From Patescibacteria group bacterium (GTDB taxonomy: Bacteria > Patescibacteriota > UBA1384 > 2-12-FULL-50-11): DNA of 64,000 nucleotides. This document shows positions 28,698 to 40,221 of this stretch, one piece after another (within the stretch, counting starts at the first letter, position 1; every line of letters starts with the position of its first letter). The position numbers and the translations under genes are program-made. Location of the stretch: NCBI GenBank assembly GCA_016861245.1, contig BOKZ01000001.1, forward strand, positions 615,006-679,005. The letters are read 5' to 3'. The notes below the pieces were generated by a model. That model ran no database searches, had not been told where the DNA came from, and saw only the letters and a program-made list of their open reading frames with translations.

Positions 28698-29954
28698 ATG
28701 CGAAGAAATTTCTGGATCGGTTTTATTTTAATCCTTGGTTTAATTGGGCTCGGCGCGTACGTGAGCTTGCCGTCAACCGAACAGTTCCTCGGTCGCGATA
28801 CAATAGTACGACAGGGGCTTGACCTCCAGGGTGGAGCGCGGTTAGTGTACGAGCTTGATCTCAGCCGCACAAACGACGACGATCGAACAAACGCAATTGA
28901 GTCAACTCGTCAGGTAATCGAGCGTCGCGTTAATAGTACCGGGGTAACGGAGCCGTTAATTCAACCAGGCAAACTCGGCACTAAACAAACGTTAATTGTT
29001 GAGCTGCCGGGAATTACTGATGTCAACGAAGCGACCGACCTAATCGGTAAAACCGCCCAACTAGATTTTCGAGAAGCCGATCCGAACTCCGATGACAAAT
29101 GGCTTCCAACTGGTTTAACTGGCAAGCAGCTATCTCGGGCGACGGTTACTTTCGATCAAACCACTAACGCGCCGCAAATTAGCCTAACGTTCAATAACGA
29201 AGGTAAACAGTTATTCGGCGACATTACCGGGAGAAATATCGGCAAGCCCGTTGCGATTTTTCTAGACGAAGAAGTTCTGTCGGCGCCGACTGTTCAGGAT
29301 AAAATTACTGCTGGCGAAGCGGTTATTACTGGTCAATTTAGTATTCAAGAAGTAAAAGAGATTGTCAGTTTGCTAAACGCTGGAGCGCTCGATGTGCCGA
29401 TCAAACTCGTAGAGCAGCGAACTGTCGGAGCAACACTTGGTGAAGATTCGGTAAAACGGAGCCTAGTTGCCGGCCTGGTCGGACTGATTTTGGTTGTAAT
29501 ATTTATGTTGATCAACTACCGAGTTGCAGGGATCGTGGCGGTCTTGGCGCTGTTAGCCTATACCGTTATCACGTTCGGATTATTCAAGTTTATTCCAGTT
29601 ACGTTAACACTCGCTGGAATCGCTGGTTTTATTCTGTCGATCGGTATGGCTGTTGACGCCAATATTTTAATGTTTGAGCGGATGCGCGAAGAGTTAGCGT
29701 TGGGTAAAGATATTAAAATAGCAATGGAGGAGAGCTTCCGTCGCGCTTGGCCGTCGGTTCGCGACTCGAATATGGCAACGATCATTACTTGTGCGATTCT
29801 TTTCTTCTTTACAACGGGGGTAGTAAAAGGTTTTGCGTTAACTCTGGCCGTTGGTGTCATTGTTTCGCTATTTAGTTCGATTACTGTTAGTCGTTCGTTG
29901 CTACGCTTATTTGCCCTTAACGGCGGCCTACGAAGGATGTTGGAGAGAGTATGA
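28698..29954 (+). CDS. secD: Protein translocase subunit SecD
   Basis: GLDLQGG, IGMAVDANIL.FER. Confidence 0.95.
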   Translation: MRRNFWIGFILILGLIGLGAYVSLPSTEQFLGRDTIVRQGLDLQGGARLVYELDLSRTNDDDRTNAIESTRQVIERRVNSTGVTEPLIQPGKLGTKQTLIVELPGITDVNEATDLIGKTAQLDFREADPNSDDKWLPTGLTGKQLSRATVTFDQTTNAPQISLTFNNEGKQLFGDITGRNIGKPVAIFLDEEVLSAPTVQDKITAGEAVITGQFSIQEVKEIVSLLNAGALDVPIKLVEQRTVGATLGEDSVKRSLVAGLVGLILVVIFMLINYRVAGIVAVLALLAYTVITFGLFKFIPVTLTLAGIAGFILSIGMAVDANILMFERMREELALGKDIKIAMEESFRRAWPSVRDSNMATIITCAILFFFTTGVVKGFALTLAVGVIVSLFSSITVSRSLLRLFALNGGLRRMLERV

Positions 29955-30868
29955 CATATCGATTTTTAGGGAGAAAGAAAATACTTTGGTTGGCGATCTC
30001 TGTGGCAATTATGATCCCCGGTATCATCGCCTTAAGTGTTTGGAAGCTGCCGCTTGGTATCGACTTCAGGGGCGGCGCACAGTTTGAGTTGAAATTCGAC
30101 AAAACGCCTACACAGGAAGCGCTCAAACAGAAAATTACCAGCTACCCAGAGGCTAGGGGAGTGACTGTAACAACAGCGGAAGGGGAGTCGTTCATCGTTC
30201 GCGTCCTGCCGATTAGCGAAGGGGAGTATAAGGAAATTTCTAAAAAATTAGAGACAGATTTCGGCACATACACTGAGAAACAGTTTCAATCGGTTGGACC
30301 GAGCGTTTCGAAAGATTTAACCCGCAAAGCGATCACAGCTGTTGTAATTGCTACTCTGTTAATTATCCTCTACCTTACTTACTCGTTCAGGGGCGTCTCC
30401 CACCCTGTTTCCTCCTGGAGATTCGGCTTAGTAGCCGCCGTGGCGCTGTTGCACGATCTGTTAATCTCGATCGGCGTATTTGCGATTCTCGCCCACTACT
30501 TTAACTACGAGGTTGATAGCTCCTTTATTACGGCGATGTTAACCATCATGGGCTTCTCAGTTCACGATACAATTGTAGTGTTCGATCGCATTCGAGAGAA
30601 CTTAACGAAAAACCGAGTCGGAGCCGCTGCAGAGTTCGAACAGGTTGCCGACAACTCGCTTGGTGAGACGCTCAACCGTTCAATCGCTACCAGTCTAACG
30701 GTTATCTTCACCTTAAGTGCGTTAGCGATTCTTGGCGGCGAAAGTATCCGTGGTTTTGTGGTGACTTTATTAGTCGGAATTTTCATCGGCACGTACTCAT
30801 CGATATTTACCGCCACGCCGCTGCTAGTTTTGTGGCAACAACGCGTTTTTAATAAACAACGCTCGTAG
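29951..30868 (+). CDS. secF: Protein translocase subunit SecF
   Basis: GIDFRGG, GFSVHDTIVVFDRIRE, GTYSSIF. Confidence 0.95.
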   Translation: MTYRFLGRKKILWLAISVAIMIPGIIALSVWKLPLGIDFRGGAQFELKFDKTPTQEALKQKITSYPEARGVTVTTAEGESFIVRVLPISEGEYKEISKKLETDFGTYTEKQFQSVGPSVSKDLTRKAITAVVIATLLIILYLTYSFRGVSHPVSSWRFGLVAAVALLHDLLISIGVFAILAHYFNYEVDSSFITAMLTIMGFSVHDTIVVFDRIRENLTKNRVGAAAEFEQVADNSLGETLNRSIATSLTVIFTLSALAILGGESIRGFVVTLLVGIFIGTYSSIFTATPLLVLWQQRVFNKQRS

Positions 30869-30960
30869 AAATTGGGTACTCAACGAGTACTTAATCATCA
30901 AAAATTTAAACTGCGCTTAAAACGCAAATTTAACGGTAAAGTTGTTTTTAATAGGTTAAT

Positions 30961-31080
30961 TTAGATACTGAATAGTAATTTCAGCAGCAGTGCGACAACA
31001 AATGCAGCGATAATGAGCAAGACGTACTCAATAAGAAAGGGGAGGAGCTCTTGGTTAATAAATCGAGTAATGGGCTTCAT
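30961..31080 (-). CDS. 39-aa single-pass membrane microprotein (not in ORF track)
   Basis: MKPITRFINQELLPFLIEYVLLIIAAFVVALLLKLLFSI; TGgTATGAT extended -10 ends 8 nt before the ATG. Confidence 0.5.
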   Translation of the reverse strand: MKPITRFINQELLPFLIEYVLLIIAAFVVALLLKLLFSI

Positions 31081-31124
31081 TTAAGATAATCATACCAAGA
31101 CTATATGAAATAGTAATTATTTTT

Positions 31125-31152
31125 ACGTCGTACAATGTATCTTGTGCGACAC
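31125..31152. other. dif-like Xer recombination site (putative terminus)
   Basis: ACGTCGTACAA-TGTATC-TTGTGCGACAC, 11-6-11 architecture at the gene-orientation switch. Confidence 0.6.
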
Positions 31153-31343
31153 TTAAGAACAGATGGCGATTAAATTATTAAAAATATTAGCCATAAGAGC
31201 CGGTCCCTAAATAAGCGGAAATAGTGGTGCAGCGCAGCTGTGACCCCCGGGGACCTCCCTGAGAAAAGTAGAAATTGCAAAATTTTTAACACTTCTCCCC
31301 CACTGCCGGCGGGGGAGAAGGTAGCAAACAAAAAATTAATCTG

Positions 31344-34259
31344 TTATTTTATTTCGTCGATCGGCTCGTAATCGTCGTTAATTTTAGGTCTGTCAACGTG
31401 CGTCGAATCTAGTTTCAGACCCAGCGAGTCAGCCTGATCCCAGGTAATTAAATGCGTCAATTCTTCGTCACTCTCCCCTGCTCCCCCACTCTGCGGCTCG
31501 GTGTCTAGATGTAATTCTTCGATCACTTGTTCGCTAATCGCCGCTTCTGGTGCTGGACTCACAGGCGAGGAACTCTCAGAAACTGGGGACTCCCCTGCTT
31601 CAGTCGGTTTTTCAACCATATCCCCTTCTGGAGAAACCGCGTACCATTGCCGATTAAAACGATCTTTCAGTATCTCCATCTTCTTCGGCAAGATAAACTC
31701 AGTTTCCTTTACGATCTCTTGTTGCTCTTCTGTTTGGATATCTGATTTAACAGGTTCGGCCTCGGTTTGATTTTTTTCTGTGGGTAGGGTGACAATCCGA
31801 TCCATCTTTTTCGCGTTTTCGACGCTGTGCGGATTTTTATCCTCTTCTTCGCTTAAGTTGATCGGTGACGACCAATCGGTGATGTAATCTTCGACGTCAC
31901 TTTTTGGTGTAGCAAACGCCTCCCGACTAGCAATTACAACTTGATCCTTCAGCATCGCTTTTTCGGTTGGCGGCGGTAGCGTTGCGGCGGAGAACGCCGG
32001 CACCGTAACGCCGTCGATCGCCATCTTTAAGTAAATCTGGCGGTTCGGCTGGTTCACTAAATCGTTTACATCGAAAACTGGCTGGAACTCATTTTTTAGC
32101 GCCTCGGCGTCGGCCGCGCCGACACGAAACGCTACCATCGTACCAACGTTCCCGAATACAGCGTTTGCGACAGTCTCCGGCATCTGGCTGATGTACTGGT
32201 TAATCATCACCAAATTGAGTCGGTATTTACGAGCTTCAGAAAGAATTGTTGCAAACGAGTCGGTCGCAAAATTCTGAAACTCGTCTACGTATAAGTAGAA
32301 ATCACGTCGATCTTCTTCTGCAACATTTGTTCGTCCCATCGCTGCAAGTTGAATCTTAGTAATTAACATAGAACCAAGCAGCGCCGAGTTATCCTCGCCA
32401 ATTTTTCCGGTCGAGAGATCGGCAAGTAGAATCTTGCCTTCGTCCATAATTTTCCGGATATCCATCGTCGATCGCGGTTGTCCGACAATATTCCGAATTG
32501 TTGAAGACGAGAGGAACTGGCCGACTTTGTTTTGGATCGGTGCGATCGCTTCTTGCCTAAACTTCGGTTCGTACTTTTCGTACTCGTTCACAAAGAAGTC
32601 CTTAATGACCGGGTCTTTCAGCACGCTAATTACTTTTCGACGATAGGCGTTGTCGGTAAGAATTCGCATTACACCCAGTAGCGTCGAGTTCGGATATTCA
32701 AGCAACGCCAATACGGAATTACGTAGGATATACTCCAAGCGCGGACCCCAAGATTCGCCGAAGATCTTTTTAAAGATTCCGACAACACCGGAGGCGACAA
32801 CGTTTTGCATCTCCGGTTGAACGTTTTCTAAGATGTTAAAACCGATCGGGAAATCGTGATCGGCTGGGTTGAAGTAAACGACGTCGTGAATGCGTTCTTC
32901 CGGAATAAAATCTAGTACGTGATCGATCAGCTCGCCGTGCGGATCAACAACAGCGACCCCTCTACCTTCGCGAATATCGTCGTAGATCATGTTTTCCATT
33001 AGCGTCGACTTACCGGTTCCGGTTTTACCGATGATGTAAGCGTGTAAACGACGATCTTTCTTTTTAATACCGAACTTGCGAATTTCGTTACGGAAGTTTG
33101 TTTGCGCGAATACTGTTAGCTCGTCCGCTGGCACGGTCCCGATTAGCGGCAAGTTCGACGGCGGTTCCCCTTTTTTGGAGCCTGCCCACGCGATCGTCGG
33201 CGTAGCCACTGTTTCTGACGGGAAATGGTAAAGCGACGCTAGCTCGGTGATGTTAAAAATCATATCGCCAGCGCCAATATCACGATTTCGGTAGAGCGTG
33301 ATTACATCGTGATCGGTTACGATTTCTTTTGACGCAAACCCGTTTAAGTTAAGCGTATTGTATTGCTTATAAGCGCCGACAATTTGCTCTAGCTTGGCGC
33401 TGGCGGCGTACTGCTCCGGCGCGATCGCCACGATGCGAATCGTAGAGCCAAATCCGAGTTTTGTAATCTTCTCTTCGATTCCCTTAAGCGCTTGTTGAAC
33501 CGGGCCGCTTAATTCTTTTGCTTTACTCTCTTTTTTCTCTTCCGGAGCGCTGCCAGCGCCAGTAGCGACGCTCTTAATAAAATCGACCGTGAAGTTCTTC
33601 ATTTCTTTAGCGACCAACTCGACGGCGCCAACTTGTTTAGCTGGCGGTTCTTTAACGTTTTTAATCTCAGCGTCTCCGAGCTTTTGCCAGTCGTCGTCGA
33701 TCGGTCGGACGATCAACTGAACCCAAATTTCCTCGTGATCACCAGCCGAACTAAGCACCCCGGTAATCGATGAAAGCGGGTCAACTTCAAAGTTTTGGAA
33801 CGTTTTAATTGGATAAACAGGCGGTTTTTTAAGAACGAGTTCAGTTGCCGCCACCGCTTTTTCTTCCGGCGCAATCGCGTAATCTTGATCGGTCGGTACT
33901 ACAGAAATCTCAACGTTCGGGTACTGCGCGTAAATCTGACTCGTCACAAATTCTTTCAACTCCGCTGGCATTTGAGCAAAGAATGTGATGGTTTTATTTT
34001 TAGAAATTACTTCAAAGCTAATATGTTGTTGTTGTGAAACGCTTTCACGAAAGATACCGTGCAACGCGGCGAACATCTGCTCTGCCGCTTGTGGCGTGCG
34101 GTCGTTGTTTTTTGGTACCGATATCGAAACTAGTACCCGATCGCTCGGACCGAGGTGTTCGGCTACTTCTTGCTTGACTGTCGAGCTACGTCGCCAGAAG
34201 TAAACAGCGCCGCCGATAAAGAAGGCAGTAAATAGTAAATTGATCGTTAGTAACAACAT
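31344..34259 (-). CDS. VirD4/TraG/HerA-like membrane-anchored ATPase (CPR-type) with acidic C-tail
   Basis: IGKTGTGKS, VVDPHG, LYVDEFQNF, SEARKYRL; N-terminal TM. Confidence 0.85.
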   Translation of the reverse strand: MLLLTINLLFTAFFIGGAVYFWRRSSTVKQEVAEHLGPSDRVLVSISVPKNNDRTPQAAEQMFAALHGIFRESVSQQQHISFEVISKNKTITFFAQMPAELKEFVTSQIYAQYPNVEISVVPTDQDYAIAPEEKAVAATELVLKKPPVYPIKTFQNFEVDPLSSITGVLSSAGDHEEIWVQLIVRPIDDDWQKLGDAEIKNVKEPPAKQVGAVELVAKEMKNFTVDFIKSVATGAGSAPEEKKESKAKELSGPVQQALKGIEEKITKLGFGSTIRIVAIAPEQYAASAKLEQIVGAYKQYNTLNLNGFASKEIVTDHDVITLYRNRDIGAGDMIFNITELASLYHFPSETVATPTIAWAGSKKGEPPSNLPLIGTVPADELTVFAQTNFRNEIRKFGIKKKDRRLHAYIIGKTGTGKSTLMENMIYDDIREGRGVAVVDPHGELIDHVLDFIPEERIHDVVYFNPADHDFPIGFNILENVQPEMQNVVASGVVGIFKKIFGESWGPRLEYILRNSVLALLEYPNSTLLGVMRILTDNAYRRKVISVLKDPVIKDFFVNEYEKYEPKFRQEAIAPIQNKVGQFLSSSTIRNIVGQPRSTMDIRKIMDEGKILLADLSTGKIGEDNSALLGSMLITKIQLAAMGRTNVAEEDRRDFYLYVDEFQNFATDSFATILSEARKYRLNLVMINQYISQMPETVANAVFGNVGTMVAFRVGAADAEALKNEFQPVFDVNDLVNQPNRQIYLKMAIDGVTVPAFSAATLPPPTEKAMLKDQVVIASREAFATPKSDVEDYITDWSSPINLSEEEDKNPHSVENAKKMDRIVTLPTEKNQTEAEPVKSDIQTEEQQEIVKETEFILPKKMEILKDRFNRQWYAVSPEGDMVEKPTEAGESPVSESSSPVSPAPEAAISEQVIEELHLDTEPQSGGAGESDEELTHLITWDQADSLGLKLDSTHVDRPKINDDYEPIDEIK

Positions 34260-36655
34260 TAGAGTGAAATTGCGTCAACTGGTGGCAAAGAGTATTGCTT
34301 ACGTGCGGCAGTGCGAATCCAGTTAGACATCTCTATTGTACCCTTGTTTGGGCTCTTTACGCCTCGGAGACTAAACGGTTTGGTTGGCGTCAGGTCCACG
34401 AGCAGCTTAACATAGGCCTGAAACCGGTCAAGGTTGGTTAGATCCTCAACGGACAAGCCGACCATCTCGTGGCTAAGGTACTCGGCGTCTTCAGCGCCGA
34501 CGCGATACGCAATTAATGTACCGACGTTACCAATCACCGCATCGCGGATTTTTTCGGTTAACTGCGCAAAATACTGGTTCGTAATATTTAAACAGAGCCT
34601 GTACTTTCGTGCTTCGGCTAAAATTGTTGCGAACGTGTCGGTCGTAAAATTCTGAAACTCATCAACGTACAAATAGAAATCTTGGCGATCTTCCTCTGGA
34701 ATATCGGCGCGACTAAACGCAGCCACTTGCATTTTCGAAACAAGAATAAGCCCGAGTAGATTCGAGTTAATCTCACCAATTTTACCCTTGGCTAAGTTGA
34801 TGAGCAGGATCTTTTTACCGTCCATTACTTCGCGAAAATCAAACGAACTTTTTTTCTGGCCGATAATATTGCGCATTAAATCGTTGGTCATAAAGCGACC
34901 GAACTTCGAGATAAAATAGTTATACATCTCCGATTTATGGAAATCGGAGGTTTTGGCTAATTGCTGCTGCCAAAAGGCTTTCACAACCGGATCGGTAACG
35001 TTGGCGACAGATTTTTCCCGGAACGCGTCGTCGGTGAAGAGTCGTGGCAGATCGATCAAACTGCCGCCATCTGGGTTGCTCATTACCGTCAGCGCTGCGT
35101 TACGTGCCCAGTGCTCCCACTGCGGTCCGACGATGCCGGTACGGTTAGGGTCAAAAAGCTTGTAGAAAATTTCGATTACTTCTTGAATTAGAAAGTCTTT
35201 TTCCTCCGGACGACTGTACTCTAGTAAGTTCAGTCCGAGTGGATACTCGGTATCTGATGGGTCAAATAGGATAACGTCTTTAGCGCGGTGAGTTGGAACC
35301 TTCTTTAATAAACTTTCAATCGCGTCACCGAGCGGATCGATAAAACATAGCCCTTTACCGGCGTGCATGTCTTGCTCAATCATCGTCTCAAACAACGTCG
35401 TTTTCCCAACACCAGTTTTTCCGATCATGAATAAGTGTCGACGCCGATCTTCGTCTTTAAGCCGAACCAACTGACGCGTACCGCGGTAGATCGACTCGCC
35501 CAACACCACGCCGTCGTTTGGCAAATTCGCCGGCGCCGGTAACGAGCGAGCGACTAACCACTTAACGCCAGGTGTCTCCAACGAACGGTTCGGCAGATGA
35601 AAAATACTACTTATCTCTTCAACGTTTAGGATCATCCGCGGCGCCCCGGTAAATAGACGCAGCAAATAATCGCGGGCAATCTTTTGCGGCGCCACTTTTT
35701 TATATTTCAAACTATTAAATTGCGGCGAGTAAAACTGCGCCATCGACGAAATAATAATATTTAAATTAGCGTCAGCAGACGCTTCGTCTTTTCCGGTCGC
35801 CACAATCCTAATTATTACTTCAAATCCCGTCTTAGCGCCTTTTTCCTGTAGACCTTTAATCAGCTCTTCCTGCTGAGGGTTGAGCGGCTGTGGCTTTTCT
35901 TCCACTTTAGTTGGTCGTACAACTTCGCCGATCATACCGGCAACGCGCCCGGTTTTAGAGCGATTAACTAAATGCATTTTGTTGTTAGTAACGTGTCCAG
36001 TAGCCACGACGGTATGCTGACGCCACGAGTCGTTGATCGGTCGAATAAGCAGTTGGACCGCGGCTGTGCCGTTGTCTTTTAATTTCGTTAGTGCGTTCGT
36101 CATCGCCGAGAGCGGATCGGTCTCCAAATAACGGTAAGTTTTTAACGGTAAGATAAAACTTTTAGCTTGTTCCATTACTGCGCCGCTAACTGCTGGAGCT
36201 TCGGCGGTAAAAATCGGCGGCGGCACATCGTACTGAATTTCCGCGGTCGGAAAGTAACTATGCAGTTGTCTCTCAACGATCGATTGAATGCGCTTCGGAC
36301 AAATTATTAAAAACTGAATCACGTTACCGACCGAAACGATCTCCAAACTAACGTGCGCCGGCGTACTAAATAACCAATCAATAAAATGTTTCTGATGAAT
36401 GGTGGTGGTTAACGAAGAGTAGAACTGCTCCATCGGCGAGATTAAGTCTTTAAAGTCTTTGATCGGCTCGTTAGCTTGATCAGTTCGTTTCTGTGTATCG
36501 CGCGGTACTGTTACCGTCATCGCTACAAGACTTTTTACATCATCAAATGTATCTTTTTTCTGGAAGTAGCGTAAAAACAGCGTCAAGATGATCGGTACAA
36601 TCGCAATGACGGCAATAATTGTAAAAAATAAGTAATTAGGTAGGCCGTCAAACAT
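34259..36655 (-). CDS. VirD4/TraG/HerA-like membrane-anchored ATPase (paralog)
   Basis: IGKTGVGKT, FIDPLG, LYVDEFQNF, AEARKYRL. Confidence 0.85.
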   Translation of the reverse strand: MFDGLPNYLFFTIIAVIAIVPIILTLFLRYFQKKDTFDDVKSLVAMTVTVPRDTQKRTDQANEPIKDFKDLISPMEQFYSSLTTTIHQKHFIDWLFSTPAHVSLEIVSVGNVIQFLIICPKRIQSIVERQLHSYFPTAEIQYDVPPPIFTAEAPAVSGAVMEQAKSFILPLKTYRYLETDPLSAMTNALTKLKDNGTAAVQLLIRPINDSWRQHTVVATGHVTNNKMHLVNRSKTGRVAGMIGEVVRPTKVEEKPQPLNPQQEELIKGLQEKGAKTGFEVIIRIVATGKDEASADANLNIIISSMAQFYSPQFNSLKYKKVAPQKIARDYLLRLFTGAPRMILNVEEISSIFHLPNRSLETPGVKWLVARSLPAPANLPNDGVVLGESIYRGTRQLVRLKDEDRRRHLFMIGKTGVGKTTLFETMIEQDMHAGKGLCFIDPLGDAIESLLKKVPTHRAKDVILFDPSDTEYPLGLNLLEYSRPEEKDFLIQEVIEIFYKLFDPNRTGIVGPQWEHWARNAALTVMSNPDGGSLIDLPRLFTDDAFREKSVANVTDPVVKAFWQQQLAKTSDFHKSEMYNYFISKFGRFMTNDLMRNIIGQKKSSFDFREVMDGKKILLINLAKGKIGEINSNLLGLILVSKMQVAAFSRADIPEEDRQDFYLYVDEFQNFTTDTFATILAEARKYRLCLNITNQYFAQLTEKIRDAVIGNVGTLIAYRVGAEDAEYLSHEMVGLSVEDLTNLDRFQAYVKLLVDLTPTKPFSLRGVKSPNKGTIEMSNWIRTAARKQYSLPPVDAISL

Positions 36656-36977
36656 CTTTATTGGCCTCGAAGAAGTGCTCCATCATCGCTTGAACGGCAC
36701 CGATATCGGCTTTTGAGTCTGTAAGTGCCTCGTCGATGGCAGCTTTCGGCGCCGAGGACTCCGACTCAGGCTGCTGTTGGCTACTTTTTGCGGGTTCGAC
36801 TTCTTTTTGTTGTACTTCCTGAACTACTCTTGTCTGTTCAGCAGCCCCACCTCCGGTTTCTGGTTGTTGACCGATCCAAGGGCCTTCGTTGAGCCGTTCT
36901 CGCCACTGCGATACCTCTGGACCTACGCTCTGATCAGACTCCGGAGCAACTCCGGAGAACCTTGGTTTACCCTCCAT
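36648..36977 (-). CDS. Hypothetical acidic/disordered protein
   Basis: Overlaps the start of the ATPase gene; Q/E/S-rich. Confidence 0.55.
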   Translation of the reverse strand: MEGKPRFSGVAPESDQSVGPEVSQWRERLNEGPWIGQQPETGGGAAEQTRVVQEVQQKEVEPAKSSQQQPESESSAPKAAIDEALTDSKADIGAVQAMMEHFFEANKDV

Positions 36978-37014
36978 AACATAAATATACCAGTCCCCGT
37001 CTCTTTTGTAAGTC

Positions 37015-38660
<1,646 letters not shown>

Positions 38661-38734
38661 CCATAAATTTTACCATCTTCAGGGTAGTTTGTCGCCGGCA
38701 GCTATCGCTATCTGAAAATTGTGTATACTAAAAG

Positions 38735-39014
38735 TGTCCTTCATTAAGGACTTGAAAAGTTGGCCACTAAGCAACTTTTGACTTACCTTGAGCGTCGCAA
38801 CTCACACTGTTAGTTTGTTCGTTAGGAATTTTGAGGTGAGTAGCAGCATAGATAGGATGCACTGCTGTCCGTAGGCGAAAGTGCTGCCGTGTGGTAGTTA
38901 GAGATTTTGCGATCTCTCCGAGATGGGTTGTGGCCGTATCTGTCTTGTGGTTCGCACGCGACGCAATTACGGAAGAAGTCCCCGTGTACGCAAATACGCG
39001 GGGCTTCTTTTTTT
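38735..39014 (+). ncRNA. Candidate ~280-nt structured ncRNA (unassigned)
   Basis: TATACT at 38724-38729, consecutive and nested helices, strong terminator AGAAGTCCCCGTGTA..TACGCGGGGCTTCT-T7. Confidence 0.65.
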
Positions 39015-39071
39015 GTTAGGTTTTCCCTACACTGTGACTAATCTGCACCTACCGATTTACAGGAGAAAAGC

Positions 39072-40028
39072 ATGATCAACGTAGTCAAATCTGCATGGAA
39101 GTGGCTATTAACTTTCGTGCTCAAACCGCTCGTCCTCTACAGAAGCCGCGAACACGTTGAATTCAAATTCAATTGGTTCAGTACGTTTCTAGTGCTGCAG
39201 TCAGCGGCGTGCATCAGCCTCGTACTGTGGCTGTACCATCGCATCTCGCCGGAGCTCTTTGCCGTACAGTTCAACTCGCCCTGGTACGAGTATGTGATCT
39301 GTTTCGTCGTCGCTCACGCGTTCATGGGACTGTTCGAGTACTTCTTTCATCGCTACACGCTCCACGGGCTGTTCTGGAAGTTCCTCTGGTTTCTCCATCG
39401 GAAGCACGAGGAGCATCACGGCCTTACGCACGTCACCGACCTTAAGGGTAGCACTGAAGTGGCGTCGAGGAGTAAAGTTCGAAACAAGTACGCGATCAAA
39501 GACGGCGACCAAATTCAGTCGTCGGCCTTTCCGGCCTACGCCCTGGTCACCTTCTGGGGGATCTTCAGTCTTGTTCTCGTCCCACTGCAGCTACTCTTGC
39601 GATCGCAACCGATCGTTATAACCGGCTACATGTCGGTTGTGTTTTCGTTCGGTCTCTACGAGATTATCCACGCCATCTGGCATCTGGATTACGACAAGCA
39701 TTGGAAAAAGCGCGTCGAAACCTCAAAGACTTGGCGAACGATCTACGGGTTCCATCTCATGCACCACGTCCGTGGTTGCAGTAGAACTAACCTGGCAATC
39801 AGCGGCGTATTCGGCTACTGGCTATGGGACAAACTGTTCGGCTCGCTCTACATTCCATCCGAGTTACCACTCGAAGGCGTGGAGATCGATCCCGACACGC
39901 TCAAGCCCCCGAAACCGCCTCGCTGGCTCCAGTGGCTCGACGAAAAAGTCGATGCCCGCGCAGCCCGCATCAAAAAGCAAGAAGCCAAACGGCGTCTCGC
40001 CGTGCATCAGTCCTCCTCGCGCCCGTAA
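39072..40028 (+). CDS. Fatty acid hydroxylase/sterol desaturase superfamily membrane di-iron enzyme
   Basis: EYFFHRYTLH, HEEHH, YEIIHAIWH, HLMHH, N.....W.WDKLFGS. Confidence 0.8.
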   Translation: MINVVKSAWKWLLTFVLKPLVLYRSREHVEFKFNWFSTFLVLQSAACISLVLWLYHRISPELFAVQFNSPWYEYVICFVVAHAFMGLFEYFFHRYTLHGLFWKFLWFLHRKHEEHHGLTHVTDLKGSTEVASRSKVRNKYAIKDGDQIQSSAFPAYALVTFWGIFSLVLVPLQLLLRSQPIVITGYMSVVFSFGLYEIIHAIWHLDYDKHWKKRVETSKTWRTIYGFHLMHHVRGCSRTNLAISGVFGYWLWDKLFGSLYIPSELPLEGVEIDPDTLKPPKPPRWLQWLDEKVDARAARIKKQEAKRRLAVHQSSSRP

Positions 40029-40044
40029 GTGCGCGAGGACTTTT

Positions 40045-40221
40045 TTATACCACTTCGTTTTCGTCCGTTGGCTCTTCGGCAACAGCTTTTACGTGTAAAT
40101 CATCAACGCAGTTACACGCTTCCATCATCGCACCAACCATCGTGCAAGAATCCGTATCGCAGGCCTTTGGGACATCACTTTTTCCGCCGCACGTTCCTCG
40201 ACAAACATAGTGTTCACTCAT
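40045..40221 (-). CDS. 58-aa Cys-rich metal-binding microprotein
   Basis: HYVC.G.CGG....C....C...C.C....H; GGAGGTG RBS before ATG 40221. Confidence 0.65.
   Translation of the reverse strand: MSEHYVCRGTCGGKSDVPKACDTDSCTMVGAMMEACNCVDDLHVKAVAEEPTDENEVV

Noticed and set aside
38960-38990. RNase P RNA suggested by GGAAGAAGTCC
   Set aside because: The motif is part of a terminator stem at the 3' end, and the complementary P4 3' signature is missing.
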